This document shows positions 9,133-17,377 of a stretch of 64,000 nucleotides of DNA, piece after piece; the first letter of the stretch is position 1; each line of letters opens with the position of its first letter. The stretch covers positions 2,638-66,637 of the forward strand of contig CAKPKQ010000003.1 of assembly GCA_934167305.1 (NCBI GenBank). The letters are read 5' to 3'. The notes under the pieces were generated by a model that was not told where the DNA came from, did no database searches, and worked only from the letters and a program-made list of their open reading frames with translations. Source of the stretch: an uncultured Clostridia bacterium. Lineage in GTDB: Bacteria > Bacillota > Clostridia > TANB77 > CAG-508. Position numbers and translations under genes: made by a program.

Positions 9133-10284
9133 ATGAGTAGTAATTATGAAGAAGAAATTAAAAAGCTAATAAAAAAAGGTTATAGTTTAGAGTTAATATC
9201 TGAGGAATTTGACATACCAAGAGAACGATTAGTGAGATACAAGAATCAGATTAGTCAAAAGGATAAAAAGCCAAAGGTAGATTCGACACGTAAAAAAATA
9301 GAAGACATGATTTCAAAATATAATATGCTTTTTAAACCAGAAGATAATAAAACGGAGCAAACAAGTAAACAAGATGAATTAAATGAAGAAGAAATAGATC
9401 AGCTCGTACAAAAAATAGAAGGCTTAATAGATAAATTAAATAAAAAAGATAGTAATCAGTTAAAAATTGCAATTAGAACATATATAAGGCGATTGGAAGA
9501 AGCAATTGGGCAAAAAGCTGAAAGGACAAATGATATAGAAGAACTTGAGAAACTTTCTAGAAAAATTACACCTAAAATATGCAAGGAAAGTTTAATGGGT
9601 TCAAGTGGTACAAAAACATTAATTCAAACAAAAATATCAAAAATAAAACAAGAGATATTTATTAGGCAATTAAAAGAAAATGTTCCAAAAGAAATAAAAC
9701 AGGTTGTTAAAGGACTAGCTGATGGGACACTTGACATTGATAAGGCAAATGAAGCAATTAACAATGAGGCAAAAAGAAGAGTTAAAAAATCTCCAAAAGG
9801 TAGTTTTGCATTAACAGAAGAGAGACACAGGAATCAAATTTTAATGCAGATAAATACTGCATTAAAAGAAAAAGGGGAAAAATACCCTATAAAAGACTTA
9901 AAAGCAACAACAGAAAAATTAGTACAATTCGAAAATCTTGACCAATTACAAGTTGCAGAAATAACAGCAAAAAATGCAATTTCTAGAAAAGAATTTGCTA
10001 CAGCAAAAGCGATTTGCAGTATTTTCGCTTCGAGAGTAAGAGCAGATGAGTCAAAACATATAGCTTCATTAAGAAAACAAGTAAAATTAGCAGAACTTGG
10101 AGAAATGGCTAAAAGTATGTTAACAAATTGTAAAACATACAAACAACAAGAAGAATATTATAACTTGTTAGAAGCTACAATGAAAGCAGAAGGTATAAGT
10201 CCAAATCAAATACCAATAGGAAAGAATGATAGTGGAAATACAATATATTTAGGTAAGATTTGGAATGATGAAAAACAACGATAA
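9133..10284 (+). CDS. Hypothetical helical protein, Lys/Glu-rich
   Basis: 383-aa ORF. Possible HTH-like start (KKGYSLELISEEFDIPRERLVRYKN). Remainder looks coiled-coil-like. No family recognised. Confidence 0.7.
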   Translation: MSSNYEEEIKKLIKKGYSLELISEEFDIPRERLVRYKNQISQKDKKPKVDSTRKKIEDMISKYNMLFKPEDNKTEQTSKQDELNEEEIDQLVQKIEGLIDKLNKKDSNQLKIAIRTYIRRLEEAIGQKAERTNDIEELEKLSRKITPKICKESLMGSSGTKTLIQTKISKIKQEIFIRQLKENVPKEIKQVVKGLADGTLDIDKANEAINNEAKRRVKKSPKGSFALTEERHRNQILMQINTALKEKGEKYPIKDLKATTEKLVQFENLDQLQVAEITAKNAISRKEFATAKAICSIFASRVRADESKHIASLRKQVKLAELGEMAKSMLTNCKTYKQQEEYYNLLEATMKAEGISPNQIPIGKNDSGNTIYLGKIWNDEKQR

Positions 10285-10313
10285 ATTAAACTTAAGAAAA
10301 GGTGAAATAACAA

Positions 10314-13300
10314 ATGTATTTAAAAAGAATAGAAATGCAAGGATTTAAGTCTTTTGCAGATAAAACAGTATTAGAATTTAAACCAGGAATTACAACAGTA
10401 ATTGGACCAAATGGTTCTGGAAAAAGTAATATATCAGATGCAATCCGTTGGGTATTAGGAGAGCAAAGCATGAAGTCTTTAAGAGGTGCAAAATCTGAGG
10501 ACATCATTTTTGCAGGAACACAAGCAAGAAAATCATTAGGTTTTGCAGAAGTATCAATTGTAATTGATAACAATGATAACAAACTTCCTATTGAATACTC
10601 AGAGGTAACAGTTACAAGAAAAATATATCGTAGTGGTGAAACAGGTTACTTTATAAATAAAGTACCTTGTCGTTTAAAAGATATTTTAGAACTATTTATG
10701 GACACAGGTATTGGTAAAGACGGGTATAGTATAATAGGGCAAGGTAAAATTGACGAAATTTTAAGTAATAAATCAGAAGATAGAAGACACATTTTTGAAG
10801 AGGCAGCTGGAATAGTTAAATATAGAACTAGAAAGCAAGAATCAGAGAAAAAGTTAGAGCAAACAAAATTAAATTTACTTCGTATAAATGATATATTAGC
10901 AGAAATTGAGGCAAATATTGAGCCTTTGAAATTGCAATCAGATAAAGCAAAACAATTTTTGGATTTAAGAGAAGAACTTAAATCTATTGAGGTGGGGCTA
11001 TTTATATATAACATCAATACATATAAAGAAAAGCTAGAACAACTTGTAAAAGATGAAGATATTATTACTTCTCAAAAAGAAGCGGAAGATAGCAAAATGG
11101 AAGCACTACAAGCTTCTAAAGAAGAATTAAGACAAGTTGTAGATGATATTACAGCTCAAATTGAAAATATGCAAAATATAGGGTTTGAAAGTTCAAATAA
11201 AATAGAAAAAATAAACTCTGAAATAGGAATATCAAATGAAAGAATACAAAATAATAGTGCAAATAAGCAAAGACTTGAAACTGAAATATTAGAAGTAAAA
11301 AGCAGAATAGAGGAACTAAAAGAGGAACAAAAACAAAAATTAGAAAAGAAAACAAATTTAACATCAAATAAAGAAAAATTTGAGAAAGAGTTAGCAGAAA
11401 AAGAGGCAGAACTTGCAGAATTATCAAAAAAATTATCTGATAAAGAGCTAGAAATAGAAGGTAAAAAGCAAATTGTTCAAGATAATATAGATAAGAAATA
11501 TGAATTGGCAGCAGAAATAAATACACAAGATGTTAATTATGATAACTTAGAAAAACGTAAAAAGCAATTAAAAAATGAAATTGACTCAGTTATATCTGAA
11601 TTAGATTCTACAAGATATGGTAAAAATGAAATTTCAAAAGGGTTTTATGATATAGAATCAAAAAGAAATACTGCAGTAGAAAAGCTAGAAAAAAGTGTTA
11701 AAACAAAAGATGAAAACATGCAAAAATTAAAACAATATGAAGAAGAAATTTCAAAACTTGTATATACACAAAGAATGAAACAAGCAAGACATCAATTCTT
11801 AATCGAAACTGAAAAAGAAAAAGAAGGATATAATAAAACAGTTAAATCTTTATTGGTAGCATGTGATAAAGACTCAAGTTTAAATAAGGGAATACATGGA
11901 GTTTTAGCAAACTTAATTTCAGTTGAAAAAGAATATGAAACAGCAATTGAAATGTGTTTAGGGCAAGCATTGCAAAATGTTGTAACATCAACAGAACAAG
12001 ATGCGAAAAAAATGATCGAATATTTAAGAACAAACAGCTTAGGAAGAGCATCATTTTTACCAATAGCTTCTGTTCAAGGCAAAAAACTAGACAAACTAAC
12101 AAGAATGGATGGAGTAATTGGAATTGCATCAGACTTAGTAAAATGCAAAAAAGAATATGAGCAAATAATTTTAAGCTTATTAGGAAGAACAGTAGTTGTT
12201 GAAGATATGGATACAGCTATTGCACTTGCTAAAAAAGATAAATATTCATTTAGAATAGTAACTTTAAAAGGCGACATTATAAGTTCTAGTGGTTCTATTT
12301 CAGGAGGAAGTGTACAAACTAAAACAGTAAATATTTTAGGAAGAAGCAGAGAAATTGAAGACCTAGAAAAAGAACTTGAAAAACTAGAAAAACAAATTGC
12401 AGAAAAAACAGCAGAAAAAGAAGAGTATGCATCATCTATTGGAGATAGCATTGAAGAGACTGCAAAACTTGAAAAAGAATTACAAGAAATTGAAATAGTA
12501 TATGCAACAGAAAAACAAAAAATGGTTGCAGTTGAGGAAAATATTACTCGTTTGGAAAATAGGCTGGCCAAATTAAAAGAAGAAGTTACACAAACAGAAA
12601 AACAAAAAGAAGAAAATAGACTTTTAAAAGAGCAAAAAGAAGCGGAAATACAAACCTTAACACAACAAATAGAAGAGTTAAACAAAGTAATAGAGGAATT
12701 TGCAGTAAACAACAAAGATAATCAAAAATATATTGATGATTTGAATTTTGATATTACTAATTTAAAAATATCTGTTACATCTTTTGACGAAAGTGAAAGC
12801 TCAATTGAAGAAATGGTAGAAAGAATTTCACAAGATATTAAGAATAATGAGCAAAGTATTGAAAACAAAAATCAAAATATATTAGCAATAAATGAAGAAA
12901 ACATTAAATTAGAACAAACTATTACAGAATATAATGCTCAAATAGAACAAATTAAACAAGAAGTAACAAATAGTGGAACTAAAGTTGAAGAACTAAAACA
13001 AGAAAGAATTGCTAAAAATGAAAAGCTAGTAAATACAGAAAATGAAATTCAAAGTCAATTTTCTACATTAGAAAGTTTGAAAGAGCAAATTATAAAACTT
13101 GATGTTAAGAAAACAAAATTAGAGCAAGATTTACAACAAGTAGTTGAAAGTTTATGGAATGAATATGAACTAACACCAAATAGTACAGAAGAATATCAAA
13201 AGCCAAATAATGTAGCAACAGCACAAAAACAAGTAAATAGTTTGCGTAATAAGATAAAAGACTTAGGAAGCATAAATATCGATTCTATTGAAGAATATAA

Positions 13301-13856
13301 AAAGACTAAGGAAAGATATGACTTCATGTCTGAACAACGCTTAGATTTGGAAAATACAGCGTCTAAACTAAGAAAAATTATAGGCGATATGACAACAACA
13401 ATGCAAAATCAATTTAAAGAAAAATTTGAGCTTATAAATAAAAACTTTAATGAAGTATTTACAGAATTGTTTAATGGTGGAAAAGCAGAGCTAATATTAG
13501 AAAATGAAGAGAATATTTTAGAATGTGGAATTGATATTAGAGTTCAACCACCAGGCAAAAAACTTCAAAACATGATGTTATTATCAGGTGGAGAAAAGGC
13601 ATTTACAGCAATAGCATTATTATTTGCAATATTAAAGATAAATCCAGCACCATTCTGTATACTAGACGAAATTGAAGCTGCATTAGATGATGTTAATGTT
13701 TACAGATTTGCAGAATATTTAAAGAAATTCTGCAAACAAACACAATTCTTAGTAATAACACATAGAAAAGGAACAATGGAAGCAGGAGACTCAGTATATG
13801 GTGTAACTATGGAAGAAAACGGAATAAGTAAGCTATTATCAATTAAATTAAAATAA
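10314..13856 (+). CDS. smc: Chromosome segregation protein SMC
   Basis: 1180 aa. Walker A GPNGSGKSN. Long coiled-coil arms and a hinge. Signature LSGGEK. Walker B CILDEIEAALD. Confidence 0.97.
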   Translation: MYLKRIEMQGFKSFADKTVLEFKPGITTVIGPNGSGKSNISDAIRWVLGEQSMKSLRGAKSEDIIFAGTQARKSLGFAEVSIVIDNNDNKLPIEYSEVTVTRKIYRSGETGYFINKVPCRLKDILELFMDTGIGKDGYSIIGQGKIDEILSNKSEDRRHIFEEAAGIVKYRTRKQESEKKLEQTKLNLLRINDILAEIEANIEPLKLQSDKAKQFLDLREELKSIEVGLFIYNINTYKEKLEQLVKDEDIITSQKEAEDSKMEALQASKEELRQVVDDITAQIENMQNIGFESSNKIEKINSEIGISNERIQNNSANKQRLETEILEVKSRIEELKEEQKQKLEKKTNLTSNKEKFEKELAEKEAELAELSKKLSDKELEIEGKKQIVQDNIDKKYELAAEINTQDVNYDNLEKRKKQLKNEIDSVISELDSTRYGKNEISKGFYDIESKRNTAVEKLEKSVKTKDENMQKLKQYEEEISKLVYTQRMKQARHQFLIETEKEKEGYNKTVKSLLVACDKDSSLNKGIHGVLANLISVEKEYETAIEMCLGQALQNVVTSTEQDAKKMIEYLRTNSLGRASFLPIASVQGKKLDKLTRMDGVIGIASDLVKCKKEYEQIILSLLGRTVVVEDMDTAIALAKKDKYSFRIVTLKGDIISSSGSISGGSVQTKTVNILGRSREIEDLEKELEKLEKQIAEKTAEKEEYASSIGDSIEETAKLEKELQEIEIVYATEKQKMVAVEENITRLENRLAKLKEEVTQTEKQKEENRLLKEQKEAEIQTLTQQIEELNKVIEEFAVNNKDNQKYIDDLNFDITNLKISVTSFDESESSIEEMVERISQDIKNNEQSIENKNQNILAINEENIKLEQTITEYNAQIEQIKQEVTNSGTKVEELKQERIAKNEKLVNTENEIQSQFSTLESLKEQIIKLDVKKTKLEQDLQQVVESLWNEYELTPNSTEEYQKPNNVATAQKQVNSLRNKIKDLGSINIDSIEEYKKTKERYDFMSEQRLDLENTASKLRKIIGDMTTTMQNQFKEKFELINKNFNEVFTELFNGGKAELILENEENILECGIDIRVQPPGKKLQNMMLLSGGEKAFTAIALLFAILKINPAPFCILDEIEAALDDVNVYRFAEYLKKFCKQTQFLVITHRKGTMEAGDSVYGVTMEENGISKLLSIKLK

Positions 13857-13860
13857 GAAA

Positions 13861-13895
13861 AAGAATGTCATTTAAATTTAAATGGCATTCTTTTT
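13861..13895. terminator. Bidirectional terminator between convergent genes
   Basis: AAGAATGTCATTT / AAATGGCATTCTT hairpin flanked by A-run and T-run. Confidence 0.75.
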
Positions 13896-13898
13896 AAT

Positions 13899-14708
13899 TT
13901 ATTTTATTTCAGTTCCGCCCCATTCTACAACAGTGTAACCATTACGTGTAACAGGAGTAAGAACCTGTTCTCTTACATCTATTGAGTTATCAAGACTTTT
14001 CCATTCCATCATTATTCTAATCAATGTGTCTGGAGAAGGAGTAAACAATAATGGCATGTTTTCCTCAATTTCATTCATAGTTTGAAATCTAATATATACA
14101 TAATCTTTTTGTTCTAATTTTGGTAACCAGTAAATAATAAATTCTTCAGCTTCTTTATAATTTAAACCAAGAATAGCTAGTTTTTCTTCTAAAAAGTTAG
14201 CAACATTTTCTCTACTTACAACAAAACCTTCTGTTAAATTACCATCATATTTTTTTGTGTTATCAGATTCATAATATAGAGAATAATACTTTTTATTTGT
14301 TTTGGTATCAATCAATGTTCCATCAGGTTGAGCAGTGACATTCCAGCCATTATTATAACTTGGGTATATACATGTTAATTTATCTTCATAACCTAATTTT
14401 ACAGAAACCTCAGTCTCTTGTTCAGGGTAGATATAAATTACAGGTTTGGCATCAATAAGAGGAGAATTAGACATAGGTCGGCTTTGTTGTACATTTTCAG
14501 TACAATTATCATTAGTACTATATGCATATATTATTATTCCTGCTGCAACTGCAAAAATAATGATAATTATAACAATAGTTGAAAGCTTGATTTTTTTGTT
14601 TTTTTCACTTTCTATATGTGTATCTTGTGAATTATTAACATCTTTTTCTGTGGTATTTTCTTTATTTTCATCCATAGTATATCTCTCCTTATCCAATTTT
14701 TTTATCAT
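13899..14708 (-). CDS. Hypothetical membrane-anchored protein
   Basis: 269 aa with a single N-terminal TM (IVIIIIIFAVAAGIIIYAY). Overlaps the murE 3' end by 20 nt, so probably co-transcribed. Confidence 0.75.
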   Translation of the reverse strand: MIKKLDKERYTMDENKENTTEKDVNNSQDTHIESEKNKKIKLSTIVIIIIIFAVAAGIIIYAYSTNDNCTENVQQSRPMSNSPLIDAKPVIYIYPEQETEVSVKLGYEDKLTCIYPSYNNGWNVTAQPDGTLIDTKTNKKYYSLYYESDNTKKYDGNLTEGFVVSRENVANFLEEKLAILGLNYKEAEEFIIYWLPKLEQKDYVYIRFQTMNEIEENMPLLFTPSPDTLIRIMMEWKSLDNSIDVREQVLTPVTRNGYTVVEWGGTEIK

Positions 14709-16209
14709 ATTCTTCTAATGCTTCTAAAGCATATTGGGTATCTGTCAAACAAGGTAAATATTTTTTTCCATACTTTTGTCTTGTTTCATTACCTTTTCCA
14801 GTAATTAAAACAACACTATTAGGATTATCTAAAATAGCTTCTTTTATAGCTTCTCCACGGTCTTCAATAATTTTGTAATTTCCATGTTCTTTAGCAACAT
14901 ATTCAGCAATTTCTTTACAAATATCCACAGTTTCCTCTGGACCAGGATCTTCAGCAGTTAAATAACTAATCTTTGAATGAATACCAGAAAGTGTACCTAA
15001 ATCTCTTCTACGAAGCTGAGCTTTTCCACCAGGGCAACCAAATACTGTAATTATATTTTTATCAGGATATTCTTGCTTAGTAGACTCATATAATTTTTGG
15101 AAACTTAATTTATTATGAGCATAGTCAACAATAACAATAATATTTCCATCTTTGCTAACATGTGCTTCCATTCTACCACTAGCTCTAGCAACTTTTAGTC
15201 CATTGTAGATGTTCTTAAATGGAATGTCTAGAACCATTGCAGTAGCAATTGCAGCTAGTGCATTTTCTACATTAAATAATCCTGGCATTGTTAGTAATAT
15301 TTCTTCATCAAATTTAGATGTTTTAACTCTAAAAGAAATTGATGTGTGAGTTAATTTTTTAATATCATAAGCAAATACATCAGCTTTTTCATTTTTTGTG
15401 CTAAATGTAATAATCTTTTTAGATTTTTGGGCATTTTCTAAAATACGGTCAATATAGTCTGAGTCTAAATTTACACAAGCATTTTCAACTTGATTAAAAA
15501 ACTTTAACTTAGAAGCAAAATAGTCTTCAAAATTAGGGTGCTCAATTGTACTAATATGATCTTCGGAAATATTTAAAAATACACCAACTTTATATAAAAC
15601 ATCATGAACTCTGTCCAATTTTAATGCCTGACTACTAACTTCCATAACTAAATTTTGCATTTTACAATCAACAGCATTTGCAATATGTTCTTGCAAATCA
15701 ATAGATTCAGGGCTAGTGATTAATGATTCTTTACATTCTTTACCATCATAAGTGTCAATTGAAGAAACAATTGCAGTATCTGGTAAGTTATGTTCTTTCA
15801 TATAATCATCTAAAATGCTTTTTATGTAATAAGCAGTTGTTGATTTTCCCTTTGTACCAGTAAGACCAATCATATTTATTTTATCAGCTGGAAAATCATA
15901 ATACATACAAGAAACAGCAGCTAAAGCCTTTCTTATATCATTTACAACAATATGTGGAAAATCTGGATCTGTTACATTTTCAGGTTCTGCAATATATGCA
16001 GTAGCACCCCTTACAATTGCTTCATTTAAATATTCAGGCTTATAATTTAAACCTTTACAAATATACAAAGTGTTATTAGCAACTTCCTTTGAATTATGTT
16101 CTAGTTTTTCAATTGAAGTGTTTAATATACTATCGCATAAACAAATATCTTCTACTAAATTTTCTTTTTTTAAAATATCAATATAATCTTTTAATAAATA
16201 ACATTTCAT
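14689..16209 (-). CDS. murE: Mur ligase family, UDP-MurNAc-tripeptide synthetase (MurE-like)
   Basis: 506 aa. ATP-binding GLTGTKGKSTT. Typical Mur-ligase C-terminal domain (ITGKGNE). Confidence 0.85.
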   Translation of the reverse strand: MKCYLLKDYIDILKKENLVEDICLCDSILNTSIEKLEHNSKEVANNTLYICKGLNYKPEYLNEAIVRGATAYIAEPENVTDPDFPHIVVNDIRKALAAVSCMYYDFPADKINMIGLTGTKGKSTTAYYIKSILDDYMKEHNLPDTAIVSSIDTYDGKECKESLITSPESIDLQEHIANAVDCKMQNLVMEVSSQALKLDRVHDVLYKVGVFLNISEDHISTIEHPNFEDYFASKLKFFNQVENACVNLDSDYIDRILENAQKSKKIITFSTKNEKADVFAYDIKKLTHTSISFRVKTSKFDEEILLTMPGLFNVENALAAIATAMVLDIPFKNIYNGLKVARASGRMEAHVSKDGNIIVIVDYAHNKLSFQKLYESTKQEYPDKNIITVFGCPGGKAQLRRRDLGTLSGIHSKISYLTAEDPGPEETVDICKEIAEYVAKEHGNYKIIEDRGEAIKEAILDNPNSVVLITGKGNETRQKYGKKYLPCLTDTQYALEALEEYDKKIG

Positions 16210-16360
16210 AAGAGCTCCTAATTATATAAATTTGATAATATTTTATATCAAAATATAACAAAATGCAATATAAATATAAATACAAAAGTATAGCAAAAAT
16301 TTTTGTTGAAATTTGTCTAAATACATTATATAATAATAAACGAAAATAGGGAGGAAGTTT

Positions 16361-17212
16361 ATGTTTGGATACAGATCAGACGGAAGAAAGTTGAGGGATA
16401 TTCCGCCATTTTTTAAGATTATTCCACAAGTAATGAGGACAAGGAGTGACTCACAGGTTTATTATACTTATGATATGCCTATAAAAGAAATTGACAATTA
16501 CATAGATAAAAAAGCTCAAGAAAATATAAAAATTACATATATGGACATAGTATATTCAGCTTTGGTTAGACTTATGGCACAAAGACCAAGGCTTAATAGG
16601 TTTGTTATGAATGGGAGAACCTTTGCTAGAAATGAAATATTTATTTCACTAGCTATAAAAAAGAATTTGACTGATGACGGAATAGAAACTACAATAAAAT
16701 TGCCTTTTAAAGGAAATGAAAACATATTTGAAATAAAAGAAAAACTGGAAAGTGTAATTAATGAAAATAAGAACATTAAGAAAAATAACGAAACAGACAT
16801 ACTAGCTACAACATTATCAATAATACCAAATTTTGTTTTGAAATTTGCAATAAGCACTATAATGTTTTTAGATAAACATGGAATGTTACCTAAAGCTATA
16901 ATAAAAGCAAGTCCATTCCATACAAGTGCCTTTTTAACAAATGTAGCTTCACTTGGAATTGATGCAATATATCATCATTTATATGATTTTGGAACAACAG
17001 GTGTATTTTTAGCAATGGGCAAAAAGAAAAAAAGTTATATATATGATGACGACAATTTTAAAGAAGAAAAATGTATATCACTTGCATTTGTGTGTGATGA
17101 AAGAATTTGTGACGGATACTATTTTGCAAGTTCGGTAAAAATGTTCAACAGGTACTTAAAAAAACCTGAATTATTAGAAGAAAATATAGAAAAAGTAGAA
17201 GATTGCAAATAA
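16361..17212 (+). CDS. 2-oxoacid dehydrogenase E2 / CAT-like acyltransferase domain protein
   Basis: 283 aa. C-terminal CDERICDG resembles the DHRxxDG catalytic motif, with Glu in place of His. Confidence 0.55.
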   Translation: MFGYRSDGRKLRDIPPFFKIIPQVMRTRSDSQVYYTYDMPIKEIDNYIDKKAQENIKITYMDIVYSALVRLMAQRPRLNRFVMNGRTFARNEIFISLAIKKNLTDDGIETTIKLPFKGNENIFEIKEKLESVINENKNIKKNNETDILATTLSIIPNFVLKFAISTIMFLDKHGMLPKAIIKASPFHTSAFLTNVASLGIDAIYHHLYDFGTTGVFLAMGKKKKSYIYDDDNFKEEKCISLAFVCDERICDGYYFASSVKMFNRYLKKPELLEENIEKVEDCK

Positions 17213-17252
17213 AATGAATAAATGTAAATACGAAAAGTGTTTACATTTATTT

Positions 17253-17310
17253 TTTTGTAGAATTACTGGAATTTCTAATAGTTTGCACTGAATAGAAATT
17301 CTTGAAATTC
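17253..17310 (+). repeat. Inverted-repeat element copy A (GAATTTCTA-N15-TAGAAATTC)
   Basis: Core 17269-17309 matches 20640-20680 at 36 of 41 nt. Shared upstream TTTTGTAGAA. Conserved loop AGTTTGCACTG. Confidence 0.8.
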
Positions 17311-17377
17311 ATATTTTTTACATAAACCTGGTACAAGCATCATATAATTAACTAACTTAAAACAAAGGAGGATAGTT

